Shown here one piece after another: positions 1-12,021 of a DNA stretch of 64,000 bases. This DNA is from Nitrospinales bacterium (GTDB lineage: Bacteria > Nitrospinota_A > UBA7883 > JACRGQ01). Below the pieces are notes generated by a model that was given only the letters and a program-made list of their open reading frames with translations, was not told the origin of the DNA and made no database searches. The position numbers and the translations under genes are program-made. Within the stretch, counting starts at the first letter, position 1; each line of letters opens with the position of its first letter. The DNA lies in contig JAHFEK010000007.1 in NCBI GenBank assembly GCA_023248495.1, positions 4,770 through 68,769 of the forward strand, written 5' to 3'.

Positions 1-72
1 GTTGCGCCAACGGAAGGCATGATTGCCTCTTCTGCCGGCAAAAATTGGGAGAGAATAGGAAAAAAACTACGT

Positions 73-604
73 CTACTTGCGGCTAAAGCAATCGGCGGAG
101 GGGTTTTTACCAAACAGGCGGTAACCGCCGAATTCCGCCGGGGCGTCGGGGGTGTGGTGAATGATGACGCGGCCCGGCGGTTTCAACAGGCCGCCGGCGG
201 CGGAAAAAACATCATCCCGTTTCACGGCGCGGGAGGTCACAACATCAGCGGTGGCGGCATATACCGCGTCTTGCGAGACCCTTTCGCTCCGTTCATTCAG
301 CACGCGCACGTTCTTCAATCCCAACAGCGAAGCAATGTGCTGCAAGAAAATCGATTTCTTTCTATCCGATTCCACCAGCGTAAATCCATGTTGGGGAAAG
401 CGGATGGCGAGCGGGATGGCGGGAAGCCCTCCGCCGCTGCCGATGTCGAATATCTCCAGCGCATCCCCCGGCGGAAAAAACTCCGCCATCGAGAATGACG
501 GCTCGATGAGCACCGCCTGCGCCTTGTCCCGCGCGACGGAGGTGAGGTTCACCTTTTTGTTCCAGCGGTAGAGCTCTTCCAAATACTGCGCCACCTGTTT
601 TTTT

Positions 605-615
<11 letters not shown>
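73..615 (-). CDS. rsmG: 16S rRNA m7G527 methyltransferase RsmG (GidB)
   Basis: WNKKVNLTS, DIGSGGGLPAIPL SAM-binding motif, LVESDRKK, VTSRA; follows mnmG. Confidence 0.9.
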
Positions 616-2466
<1,851 letters not shown>

Positions 2467-2470
<4 letters not shown>

Positions 2471-3828
2471 TTGCCCACGCAGAATTCGTCAAAGATTGCG
2501 GAAAGCACCTCTTCGGTATACGACTCGCCGGTGAAGCGCTTTATCTCCTCCAGCGCGTCCCACACGCTGGCGGCGGCCAGCTCGCGCCCCAACTCAACTT
2601 CAGCGGCGGCGCGGCGCAGGTCCTCGGCAATGCGGCAAAATATTTCGCGGTGGCGAAGCCGCGTCACCACCGGTTCTTCGCTGTTGAGGTTTTCCGCGTC
2701 ATGCGCGAAGGCCGCTATTTTTTTCAGGAGCGGATCAAGTCCGCGCATCTCTTTTACGGAGATATGCACCGGTGAAATCGCCGCGTCGGGCCAGGCGATC
2801 CGTTGCGGCATATCGGCTTTGTTTATCACCGCCAGATGGAGCCGCGCCTTTTTTAGCGTTTCAAGAACGGTTGTATCGCTTTTCTCCCATGGACGCGAGC
2901 CATCGAAGAGACCGATAACCGCGTCGGCCGTTTCGGCGGCCTTCAACGCGCGGCGAATTCCTTCCGCCTCCACCTCATCCGGCGATGGATTCAGCCCCGC
3001 CGTGTCTATCAGCTCCACTTTCAGTCCGGACAGCTCCCCTTCGGCGCGGATGAGGTCGCGCGTGGTGCCGGGGATGCCGGAAACGATTGCCCGTTCCTCC
3101 TCAAGCAGCGCGTTGAGCAACGACGATTTACCGGCGTTCGGTTTGCCGATAATGGCGAGCGAAAGGCCGTGCTTCAAGAATTTGCCGCCGTCGTAGCTCT
3201 TTATCAAAACATCCAGCCGCCGCGCAGCCTCGGTCAGCGTCCGGCGCAGTTCGCCATCGGCGGCAGTGACGAATTCCTCATCGGGAAAATCGATGGAGGC
3301 TTCCAGATGCGAAAGCGTCCACACCAGCTTTTGGCGCACCGCCTCGATCCGCCGGGAAAGTCCTCCCTCCATCAGGCCAAAGGCGGCGCGCGCCGCCCCC
3401 TCGCTGCGGGCCTTGATAAGGTCTATCACCCCTTCAGCTTGGCTGAGGTCGATGCGGCCGCTCAAAAACGCACGTTTGGTGAATTCGCCCGGCTCGGCCA
3501 TTCGCGCGCCGGCGTTTAGCAGCGCATTTACCGCACGGCGCAGCACGGCGGGCGATCCGTGGCAACTTATCTCCACCATGTCCTGCCGGGTGTAGCTGCG
3601 CGGCGATTGCATGTAGACCACGCAGACTTCGTCCACCGGTCCCGCGGAGCCGCACAACGTGCCAAAGTAAAGCCGGTGTGATTCAAGCGGATCGCCGGGC
3701 TTTCCGCCTTTGCGGCAGAAAAGCTGAGCGGCGATACGGTGTGCATCAAAACCCGAAACGCGAATAACGCCAAGTCCCCCCTCGCCAACGGGGGTGGCGA
3801 TAGCGGCGATGGTATCGTCAAGAATCAT
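2467..3828 (-). CDS. mnmE: tRNA modification GTPase MnmE (TrmE)
   Basis: DTIAAIATP, GEFTKRAF, GKPNAGKSSL, GTTRD, DTAG, NKAD, terminal FCVGK. Confidence 0.98.
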
Positions 3829-3900
3829 ACGCTTAATTTAGATGCGCGGCGGAACTTTGGCAAGGGAAAGGGGGATTACATGGACAATAGCGGGAAATAA

Positions 3901-3934
3901 AAAAAAGGGGGCGGTTGCCCGCCCCCTTTTAAAA
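3901..3934 (-). terminator. Intrinsic terminator of the Ala/Pro-rich lipoprotein gene
   Basis: GGGGGCGG-4 nt loop-CCGCCCCC stem followed by a T run on the minus strand. Confidence 0.8.
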
Positions 3935-3940
3935 GACGGA

Positions 3941-4201
3941 TTACTTGTGGGCCGGGGCTGCTGCGGGAGCCGGAGCTGCCGCGGGGGCCGGGGCTGCTGC
4001 GGGGGCTGCTTCCGGAGCCGGGGTTGCCGCCGGGGTTGCTTCCGGGGCCGGTGCTGCCGGAGCTGCTTCCGGGGCCGGTGCTGCCACCGGGGCCGGAGCT
4101 GCCGGGGCTTCTTCCTTCTTTTCGCAAGCCGGAAGAATCGCGAGGGATCCCGCGAACAATACTGCTACCGCCAAGAGGCCAAACTTTTTAAACATATTCA
4201 T
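3941..4201 (-). CDS. Small Ala/Pro/Glu-rich repeat lipoprotein
   Basis: Signal peptide with ILPA-C lipobox, then APAAP/APEAA repeats; AAGGA RBS, promoter and terminator present. Confidence 0.8.
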   Translation of the reverse strand: MNMFKKFGLLAVAVLFAGSLAILPACEKKEEAPAAPAPVAAPAPEAAPAAPAPEATPAATPAPEAAPAAAPAPAAAPAPAAAPAHK

Positions 4202-4292
4202 CTCTATCCTTTAAAAATTGTTGTATCCGGTCGCGTTTGCCGACACACCGCGCGTCGACGGACCAGTAATCCACATGTCCAATAAGCGCGTA

Positions 4293-4321
4293 AATCTATC
4301 ACATTTTGTTGATGGCGGCAA
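4293..4321 (-). promoter_or_regulatory. Putative sigma70 promoter of the lipoprotein gene
   Basis: TTGCCG-N17-TAGATT on the minus strand. Confidence 0.45.
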
Positions 4322-4652
4322 CAACTTTGGCGGTAATTGTTGGCAATAACATTAAGGTGGTTTGGGGAGTGGCGATGAGTGTCTGATTATTTCGGGGCTT
4401 TTGGGGGAAACGGGCATCTTTTCCTAAACGTTATCAACGACCCTCCGGTTATTTTTTCACGCCCTTTAATAGGGGGCACCTGTCGCGGATCAAACAATCT
4501 TTTGAGTGTACGTTTCCCGTCACACTTTTAATAATGCCGCTGGTTTTCACAACCATATGCCGAAAAAAAACAGGCAAGCCAACAGCCACACGGCATCCAC
4601 GCCAATCATATCGCCGTAAAATTTCGCGGCGAAATAAATTTTTTGTTCCCGC

Positions 4653-4681
4653 TTGATTTCTACGATTGCATCGTCTATAAA
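4653..4681 (+). promoter_or_regulatory. Putative sigma70 promoter of the sfrBA-nuo operon
   Basis: TTGATT-N17-TATAAA, with an ACGAT-N3-ATCGT palindrome in the spacer. Confidence 0.6.
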
Positions 4682-4875
4682 AGGCGGGCGTGCTTGGAGG
4701 CAAGCCGCGTTGCAGGGGGACAGTTTCTTTAGACTGTAAGATGCAGGAGAGGACAGCGCGTCATGTGGGGAAGCATCATGTCGAGCCTTATCGGTTCTTG
4801 CGCGTTTATCCGCGCTGAAGCGGAAACTCCGCCTTCACGCCATGAAGCCCGGCTTTCCGCTATTGGGGCGGCTCA

Positions 4876-6882
4876 ATGAAGGTACTTTTCAGCTCTTGGC
4901 AGGATGTTATCGTCGATAACCGCGGCAAGCCGCGCGACGCATGGGACGATGCCAAGGTAAAACTTCCCGAAACATACGATGGCGCGCGGAAAATGACCGC
5001 ATTCATGGGCTGGGGCGGCGTTGTCATCCTGGACGAGCCGTTCGATATTGTGGAAATGGCCGCCAATTACGTCAAAGCGCTCCAGAAGAGCTCCTGCGCC
5101 AAGTGTTTCCCCTGCCGGGTCGGCACGAAAGTAATGGAAGATATTTTTGCCCGCATCGTTGCTGGAAAGGGAACGGCGGGAGATCTCGCCCAGCTTGAAG
5201 GGCTATGCGAAACCATTTCACGCAATTCCAAGTGCGGCATCGGCCAACTGGGACCAGGCCCCATCGTAGATTCCTTCAAATACTTTAAGAAGGAATATCA
5301 AGAGTACGTTCTTGGCAAGAAGAGGGGGCCGGGCTATTTCTATCCGAATAAGACTACCGCTCCCTGCACGGCGGCCTGCCCCACCGGCATGGATATTCCT
5401 CTTTATATAGAGCAAATTAAGGAGGGGGATTTCGCCGGATCGCTGGCCACCATCCGCACGGCCAGCCCGATGGCGTGCTCGCTGGGCCGCGCCTGCTTCC
5501 ACCCTTGCGAAAATAACTGCCGCCGTGAAAATGTGGAGCGGTCGCTGGCGATCTGCAAGCTTAAGCGTTTCGCCTGGGATTACGAAGATCTGCACGCGGT
5601 CGACAAGCCGGGCAATCCGAACCGGCACACCCGGCCTGAAAAGGCGGCCGTGATAGGCGCGGGTCCTTCGGGCCTTTCCGCCGCGTATTATCTGCTGTTG
5701 CAGGGCTTTCATGTCACCATATTTGAAAAGTTGCCGACGCCCGGCGGCGCGGCGTGGACCGGCATCCCGCATTACCGCATCCCGAAGGATGTCATGATGC
5801 GCGAGGTTAAATATATTGAAGACCTCGGCGGCGAGATCAAATACAACGTCCATTTCGGCAAGGATGAAACCTTTGCCTCGCTCCGCGCCAAGGGTTTTAA
5901 GGCTTTTTTTGTCGCCACCGGCGGCGATCTTTCCAAGGCGATGGGCGTGGAGGGGGAGGACAAGAACTATCAGGGGGTTTACGGCGGTATCGCCGCCCTC
6001 AAGGAAATAGTCGATTTCACCATCAAGGATGCCGTCCCGAATGCGTCCGCTAAAATTCCCACGCTGGCCAAGCCGAAAAAGGTGTTGGTGGTTGGCGGCG
6101 GCAACACGGCGATGGACTGCGTGCGGAGCTGGATCCGCCTCGGTTGCAAGGATGTGAATATCGTTTATCGCCGCACCAAAAAGGAACTGCCGGCCGATCC
6201 GCACGAAGTGCACGAGTCTGAAGACGAAGGGGTAAACTACTGTTTTATGCTGGCCCCCACCAAGCTGGTGGCGGACGGCAGCGGCAAGGTTGTCGGCCTC
6301 GAATGCCAGAAGATGGAAATGGGTCCTCCGGACGAATCGGGCCGCCGCAAGCCGGTGCCGGTGCCGGGTTCCGAACATCTGGTCGAGGGGGATATGGTCA
6401 TCTCCGCGATTGGGCAGGACTGCGACATTTTCTTCCTCAAGGAAGTGCCGGACGTGAAAACCACAAAGTGGAAGACGATCATCACCAATGAAGAGACTTT
6501 TCAGACCGCCGTGCCGGACATCTTTGCCGGCGGAGATGTGGTATCGGGACCGCTGAATTTGGTGACGGCCGTCGGCCATGCACGCCGTGCGGCCCAGAGC
6601 ATGGGGCAGTTTCTGCGGGGTGAAACCGTTGGCATTAGCGACGAACAGCGGATGGAGAAGGTTATCGCCACTATTGGCGTGTACGACAAAAACGAAAAAG
6701 TGCCGATGCCGGGCGGTTGGCCGCGGCAGGAAATGCCGATCTGCGACCGGCAGGATAAAATCGGTTCCTTTAAAGAAGTGGAATTGGGTTACTCGCTGGA
6801 GGCGGCGGTTGATGAGGCCGGCCGCTGCATGCGTTGTTATGTGGTAGGTATGGCATGCGTGCCGGAGGGAGCGTCCAAATGA
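4876..6882 (+). CDS. sfrB: SfrB-like NAD(P)H oxidoreductase beta subunit (NuoF-type 4Fe-4S domain + GltD-like FAD/FeS domain)
   Basis: N-terminus MKVLFSSW..IVDNR and AFMGWGG resemble Geobacter SfrB as I recall it; SCAKCFPCRVG..KC cluster; CTAACP/CFHPCENNCRR; GAGPSG and GGGNTAMD dinucleotide motifs; terminal RCMRC. Confidence 0.85.
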   Translation: MKVLFSSWQDVIVDNRGKPRDAWDDAKVKLPETYDGARKMTAFMGWGGVVILDEPFDIVEMAANYVKALQKSSCAKCFPCRVGTKVMEDIFARIVAGKGTAGDLAQLEGLCETISRNSKCGIGQLGPGPIVDSFKYFKKEYQEYVLGKKRGPGYFYPNKTTAPCTAACPTGMDIPLYIEQIKEGDFAGSLATIRTASPMACSLGRACFHPCENNCRRENVERSLAICKLKRFAWDYEDLHAVDKPGNPNRHTRPEKAAVIGAGPSGLSAAYYLLLQGFHVTIFEKLPTPGGAAWTGIPHYRIPKDVMMREVKYIEDLGGEIKYNVHFGKDETFASLRAKGFKAFFVATGGDLSKAMGVEGEDKNYQGVYGGIAALKEIVDFTIKDAVPNASAKIPTLAKPKKVLVVGGGNTAMDCVRSWIRLGCKDVNIVYRRTKKELPADPHEVHESEDEGVNYCFMLAPTKLVADGSGKVVGLECQKMEMGPPDESGRRKPVPVPGSEHLVEGDMVISAIGQDCDIFFLKEVPDVKTTKWKTIITNEETFQTAVPDIFAGGDVVSGPLNLVTAVGHARRAAQSMGQFLRGETVGISDEQRMEKVIATIGVYDKNEKVPMPGGWPRQEMPICDRQDKIGSFKEVELGYSLEAAVDEAGRCMRCYVVGMACVPEGASK

Positions 6883-9455
6883 GCCACGCCGCCGCCGATA
6901 CGAAGACAACCATTACCTTGACCATCGACGGCCAGACCGTCGAGGTGAAAAACGGAACGACCATATTGCAGGCGGCGCGCCGCGTGGGCAAAAAAATACC
7001 GACGCTCTGCTATCTGGAAAAAACCCACCCCATCGGTTCCTGCCGCGTTTGTTCCGTGGAAGTGGCGGGAGTCGACGGCCCGGTGATGAGCTGCAACACG
7101 CCGGCGTCCGATGGCATGGCCATTACCACCGACAGCGAACAGCTGAGGGAATTCCGCCGGAACATGATTCAGTTTATCCTGGTGAACCACCCGCTCGATT
7201 GCCCGGTGTGCGAGCGTTCCGGCGAATGCACATTGCAGAATCTCACATGGCAGATGGGCATCAAAAAGCACGATTGGAGCACCGCGGCCCACGAGAAAAA
7301 ACCGGTGGTCGACTGGGGCCTGATCCGGTACGACCAGAACCTTTGCGTGATGTGCGAACGCTGCGTTCATGTTTGCAACGAGGTGCAGGGAATCAACGCC
7401 TTCCGCGTGGACGGCAATGGCTATGCCGCGAAAATCAATACGCAGGACGGCAAGCCGCTTGATTGCGATTTCTGCGGCCAATGCATTTCAGTGTGCCCGG
7501 TGGGGGCGCTTTCCAGCGGCATGTATTTTTCGGGCCGCTCGTGGGAGATGAAGCGCACCGCCACTATTTGCCCGCATTGCGCCGTCGGTTGCGCGTTTGA
7601 AGTGAACACGAAGAAAGGCAAGATCGTCCGTATCACCAGCAATACCGCGCTGGGAACCAACAAGGGCAACCTCTGCGCCCGGGGCCGTTTTGGGTACGAA
7701 TTCGTGCATCAGGGCGAACGTCTTACCGCGCCGATGATTCGCCGGGGTCACGGCTTTGAGACCACCGATTGGGATACGGCGATTGCCTATGTCGCCGAGA
7801 AGCTGAACGGATACCGCGCGGCGGGGAAAAACGCCTTCGCCGGCATCGGCAGCGAACGCGCAACCAACGAAGACAACTATCTGTTCCAGAAGTTTTTCCG
7901 CAGCGCTCTTGGCTCCGGCAATATCGACAACATGGCCAACATGGCCGGTCATGATACCGCGGGCGGCCTCTTCGAGGCGTTTGGCGATTTCCCGATGACC
8001 ATATCCTTTGACGAATTGAAACAGGGCAATCTTTTCGTGTTTATCGGGCTTGATGGCAGCAATGAAAATCCGGTAGTGAGCAACCACATCCGCGAAGCAA
8101 TCCACGGGCATGGCGCCGAAGTGGCGCTGGCCTACAGCAAAGAGGCGTTCTTTCTGCCGTCACCCCGCATGAAGCTGACCTACGGCTATGCCGAACTGCA
8201 CGAATTCGTCGTGACGCTGGCGGGGGAACTGGCGGCCGCCATCAAGTCCGGCGGCGGCATTCCCGGCGGGACGGTAATCGCGGGGGATTTTGAAAAGCGC
8301 CTGGAGGCCGAACTTGGCGGCGCGCGGGCCAAGCTGGATGGCGCGTTGAACGCGCAGGCCGCCCAGCTTGCGGCCCTTATCAAGAAGAAGCAAAAGCCGG
8401 TGTTTCTCATCGGGCAGGAGGCTCAGCGCCATCCGCGGGCCAGCGCCATCGTGCGGAATATCGTAAACCTCGCCAAGATCGCCGGCGGCAAGGTAATGGT
8501 GATGCGCGAATATTGCAACTCGCGGGGGGTTAACGATATGGGCGTGGCCCCGAACGTCCTTCCCGGATACGTAAAGGAGACGCGGCAGGAGTTGAGGGCA
8601 TTCGACGACCTCTGCACTCTTATCAACAATCATGAGACCAAGGCGCTAATTATCACCGACGAGGATGTGTTGCGCCGTCACGCCGATTTTGTCAAATTCC
8701 GCGAGGCGATGGACAAGGTGGAATTCGCCGTGGTGGTGGATCAATTCTACTCGCTGACCGCCATGGCGGCCGATGTGGTGTTGCCGTCGTGCACCTCTTT
8801 CGCGAAGGAAGGCACGTTTACCAATATTGAAGGACGCATCCAGAAAATCAACCCTGCCATCGAACCGGTGGGTAATAGCCGGACGGTGTGGCGGATTTTT
8901 GCCGACATCGCCAAGGCGATGGGGCACGATTTCGGCTATCGCTCCACCGCGGACGTTCAAGCGGAAATTGCCGCCAAGGTGCCGGGATACGGGGCGATTA
9001 TCGATGGCGGCATGGCCGATTACTCCGGACTCATCAACGGTTCGCCGGCGCTTACATGGGTGGAACCGGCTTCGATGAAAAAGCCGGCCCCCGGCGAGCT
9101 GGTGTTGTTGCCCGAACACAACCTCTTCGTGATGGGCATTTACACCGATTATTGCCCATCGCTCCGCCATTTGGTCGGGAAGCATTACGCCGATTTCCAT
9201 GTGGAAGGCAAGCCGTACGTCGATATCAATCCCGCCGATGCGCAGGCACTGGGCCTCAACGCCGAGGATACGGTTCTTTTCAAATCGCCGAAGCGGGAGT
9301 GGAAAGGGCGCGTCCGCATGAGCGGCGCGGTGAAGCCGGGCTCCGTGCGCATTCCCGATGAAATGGATCAGTCGCCATCCGTTATAATGACGGCGGGCGG
9401 CCGCGAGATACAATGCCACAATCTGTTGGGGCTGATGGGGAAGGAAAAATGCTAA
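6879..9455 (+). CDS. sfrA: SfrA/NuoG-like FeS subunit (2Fe-2S, 4Fe-4S, molybdopterin-fold domain without a Mo ligand)
   Basis: CY..GSCRVC..SC, HPLDCPVCERSGEC, CVMCERCVHVC, CDFCGQCISVCP, CPHCAVGC..C; start set at the ATGA overlap with sfrB (GGAGG upstream). Confidence 0.8.
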   Translation: MSHAAADTKTTITLTIDGQTVEVKNGTTILQAARRVGKKIPTLCYLEKTHPIGSCRVCSVEVAGVDGPVMSCNTPASDGMAITTDSEQLREFRRNMIQFILVNHPLDCPVCERSGECTLQNLTWQMGIKKHDWSTAAHEKKPVVDWGLIRYDQNLCVMCERCVHVCNEVQGINAFRVDGNGYAAKINTQDGKPLDCDFCGQCISVCPVGALSSGMYFSGRSWEMKRTATICPHCAVGCAFEVNTKKGKIVRITSNTALGTNKGNLCARGRFGYEFVHQGERLTAPMIRRGHGFETTDWDTAIAYVAEKLNGYRAAGKNAFAGIGSERATNEDNYLFQKFFRSALGSGNIDNMANMAGHDTAGGLFEAFGDFPMTISFDELKQGNLFVFIGLDGSNENPVVSNHIREAIHGHGAEVALAYSKEAFFLPSPRMKLTYGYAELHEFVVTLAGELAAAIKSGGGIPGGTVIAGDFEKRLEAELGGARAKLDGALNAQAAQLAALIKKKQKPVFLIGQEAQRHPRASAIVRNIVNLAKIAGGKVMVMREYCNSRGVNDMGVAPNVLPGYVKETRQELRAFDDLCTLINNHETKALIITDEDVLRRHADFVKFREAMDKVEFAVVVDQFYSLTAMAADVVLPSCTSFAKEGTFTNIEGRIQKINPAIEPVGNSRTVWRIFADIAKAMGHDFGYRSTADVQAEIAAKVPGYGAIIDGGMADYSGLINGSPALTWVEPASMKKPAPGELVLLPEHNLFVMGIYTDYCPSLRHLVGKHYADFHVEGKPYVDINPADAQALGLNAEDTVLFKSPKREWKGRVRMSGAVKPGSVRIPDEMDQSPSVIMTAGGREIQCHNLLGLMGKEKC

Positions 9456-9805
9456 ACCAGTACATTCCGATACTCGTGATGACGCTGGCGGCGTGCGGCA
9501 CGGCGGCGGGCATGATAATTCTGACCTCGATCATAGGGCCCAAGAGGGAGTTCGAAGAAAAAATGGAGCCGTTTGAGTGCGGCGTGTCGCCGATCACCGA
9601 CCCGAAAAGCCGTTTCGGCGTCCGGTTCTATCTCGTCGCAATGCTCTTCATCGTGTTCGATATAGAAGCCGTTTTTCTCTTTCCGTGGGCGGCGGTGTTC
9701 CGGGAACTGGGGATGTTCGGCTTTGTTGAAATGATGGTCTTCATCCTGGTGTTGACGGTGGGGCTCGCCTATATTTGGAAGAAGGGGGCTTTGGAATGGG
9801 AGTGA
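9449..9805 (+). CDS. nuoA: NADH-quinone oxidoreductase subunit A
   Basis: PFECG, FYLVAMLFIVFDIEAVFLFPWA, WKKGALEW; start overlaps the sfrA stop. Confidence 0.96.
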   Translation: MLNQYIPILVMTLAACGTAAGMIILTSIIGPKREFEEKMEPFECGVSPITDPKSRFGVRFYLVAMLFIVFDIEAVFLFPWAAVFRELGMFGFVEMMVFILVLTVGLAYIWKKGALEWE

Positions 9806-10332
9806 CAAGGGAAGAACGCAATATCGAGGCCGCGCTGGGCGACAGCGTGATTCTCACCCAGGTTGATAAAGTCATCGGCTGGGGAAGGAAGTACTCGTTC
9901 TTCCTCTATCCGTTCATCACCGCCTGCTGCGGCATGGAATTCATGTCGGTGGCCGGTCCCCGCTACGATCTCGACCGGTTCGGCGCGGCGTTGCCGCGCT
10001 TCTCGCCACGCCAGGCGGATTTGTTGTTTGTGGTCGGCACCATCAGCCACAAACAGGCCCCGATCCTCAACAAAGTGTATAACCAGATGGCGGAGCCGAA
10101 GTGGGTTTTCGCCTTCGGCGCGTGCGTCTGCTCCGGCGGCATGTACAACAATTACTCCACGGTGCAGGGCATCGACACCATTTTGCCGGTGGATGTGTAC
10201 GTGCCGGGTTGCCCGCCCCGCCCCGAAATGGTGTTTGACGGACTTCTCAAACTGCAGGAGCTGGTCGCCAACGAGCGCTCGTCCAAGTGGCCGCGCGGCA
10301 AATCCCAATATGAGCCGAGGGTGAAACGCTGA
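9796..10332 (+). CDS. nuoB: NADH-quinone oxidoreductase subunit B
   Basis: TACCGMEFM, FSPRQADL, GACVCSGG, VPGCPPRPE. Confidence 0.97.
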   Translation: MGVTREERNIEAALGDSVILTQVDKVIGWGRKYSFFLYPFITACCGMEFMSVAGPRYDLDRFGAALPRFSPRQADLLFVVGTISHKQAPILNKVYNQMAEPKWVFAFGACVCSGGMYNNYSTVQGIDTILPVDVYVPGCPPRPEMVFDGLLKLQELVANERSSKWPRGKSQYEPRVKR

Positions 10333-10817
10333 TGGGCCGCTTGATAGATTTGTGCAAGCGGAAACTGGGCGATACCGTGCTGTCCGCGCACGAGCAGCAT
10401 GGCGATGAAACCGTCGTGATCCGCAAAGACGCGTTGCTCACCGTGCTGCGTTGGCTGCGCGACGACGATGCCATGAAATTCGATTTCATGATGGATCTGA
10501 CCGCCGTGGATTACCTCGGCACGAGGGCGCGCAGCGAACGGTTTGAAGTGGTGTACCATCTATTTTCGCTGAAGAACAACCACCGTCTCCGCGTCAAGAC
10601 GCTGGTGGCCGACGACGATCCGGTCACCGAATCCGTCGTTACCGTTTGGGTGGCGGCCAACTGGTTCGAGCGCGAGGTGTGGGACATGTACGGCATAATC
10701 TTCAAAGGCCATCCGAACATGAAGCGGATTCTCCTGTACGAGGAATTCGAAGGCCATCCGTTACGCAAGGACTACAACATCCGTAAACGTCAGCCGCTCA
10801 TCGGGCCGGAGAACTGA
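10332..10817 (+). CDS. nuoC: NADH-quinone oxidoreductase subunit C
   Basis: DLTAVDY, FEVVYHL, ANWFEREVWDMYGI, GHPLRKDY. Confidence 0.96.
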   Translation: MGRLIDLCKRKLGDTVLSAHEQHGDETVVIRKDALLTVLRWLRDDDAMKFDFMMDLTAVDYLGTRARSERFEVVYHLFSLKNNHRLRVKTLVADDDPVTESVVTVWVAANWFEREVWDMYGIIFKGHPNMKRILLYEEFEGHPLRKDYNIRKRQPLIGPEN

Positions 10818-10821
10818 AGCG

Positions 10822-12021
10822 ATGGAAAATAGACACCAGCTGGACTTAAATACGGAACTGATGGTTCTGAACATGGGGCCGTCGCATCCGGCGACCCACG
10901 GCACCGTCCGGTTTTTCATTAAGCTTGACGGCGAAAAAATCATCCATATGGAAACGGAAATCGGCTACCTCCACCGCGCATTCGAAAAGCATTGCGAAGA
11001 CGGCACGTGGAGCAAAGCGTTCCCCTATACCGACCGGCTGAACTATAACAGCGCCCCCCAAAACAACGTCGCCTATGCGTTGGCGGTGGAAAAGCTGATG
11101 GGTATGGCGGACAAGGTTCCCGCCCGCACCGTTTACATCCGAACCATCATGTGCGAACTGTCGCGGATGGCCGATCACTACACCAACCTTGGCGCGGCCA
11201 CCCTTGAATTGGGCGCGCTGACGGCATTTCTCTATTTCGTCGAAGCGCGCGAACTGACATGGGATCTTATCGAGTCGGTTTGTGGCGCGCGCCTCACTTC
11301 GAATTATGTACGTATCGGCGGGCTTGCTTCCGACCTGCCGGAAGGTTTCGCGGGAAAGGTGAAAGAAGTTTTTGCCAAGAACCGCGTGTTTTGGGATGAA
11401 TTTGACAAGTTGCTGACGAAAAATCGCATTTTCCTCGATCGTATGCGCGACACCGGGGCGATTTCGCGCGATGACGCCATCGCCTATGCTTTCACCGGGC
11501 CTTGCCTGCGCGCGGCCGGCGTTGAATACGACGTTCGCAAAGCCTCACCCTACCTTGCTTACGGCAATGTCGATTTCGATATCCCCGTCGGCACCACCGG
11601 CGACAATTTCGACCGGTACCTCGTCCGCATGGAGGAAATCCGGCAAAGCGAGCGGATTATCGAACAGTGCCTCGCCCAGATGCCCTCGGGTCCGATCAAC
11701 ATCAACGATGCGGCGGTGCGCAACCCCAGCAAGGAAGAAGTGAAATCGAACATGGCATCGATGATATTCCACTTCAAAAACACCATCGAGGGAATACAGG
11801 TTCCCAAGGGCGAAGTCTACGTTCCCACCGAGGGATCCAACGGCGAAGTTGGTTTCTACCTCGTTTCGCAAGGCGGCGGCAAGCCGTGGAAGTGCCGTGT
11901 GCGGCCCCCCTGCTTCGCCCTTACGCAGGCGATGGGGCATATGTGCAAAGGATCGTTCTTGGCGGACATCATTCCGACTTTCGACATGATTAACCTTATC
12001 GGCGGGGAGTGTGACCGCTAA
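10822..12021 (+). CDS. nuoD: NADH-quinone oxidoreductase subunit D
   Basis: NMGPSHPATHG, IGYLHRAFEK, DRLNY, RVRPP, GECDR. Confidence 0.96.
   Translation: MENRHQLDLNTELMVLNMGPSHPATHGTVRFFIKLDGEKIIHMETEIGYLHRAFEKHCEDGTWSKAFPYTDRLNYNSAPQNNVAYALAVEKLMGMADKVPARTVYIRTIMCELSRMADHYTNLGAATLELGALTAFLYFVEARELTWDLIESVCGARLTSNYVRIGGLASDLPEGFAGKVKEVFAKNRVFWDEFDKLLTKNRIFLDRMRDTGAISRDDAIAYAFTGPCLRAAGVEYDVRKASPYLAYGNVDFDIPVGTTGDNFDRYLVRMEEIRQSERIIEQCLAQMPSGPININDAAVRNPSKEEVKSNMASMIFHFKNTIEGIQVPKGEVYVPTEGSNGEVGFYLVSQGGGKPWKCRVRPPCFALTQAMGHMCKGSFLADIIPTFDMINLIGGECDR

Noticed and set aside
1-20. Possible gene start (ATG at 20, minus strand) after rsmG
   Set aside because: Only six codons visible; cannot be identified
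4205-4290. c-di-GMP or other riboswitch in the lipoprotein leader (GGCAAAC)
   Set aside because: Lacks the GAAA tetraloop/receptor and second stem of c-di-GMP-I; only a generic hairpin
4202-4875. Possible oriC near mnmE/mnmG
   Set aside because: Only an isolated near-match (TAATCCACA); no DnaA-box cluster or AT-rich unwinding repeats
6879-9455. Formate dehydrogenase or nitrate reductase call
   Set aside because: No Cys/Sec Mo ligand at the expected position; context fits SfrA/NuoG
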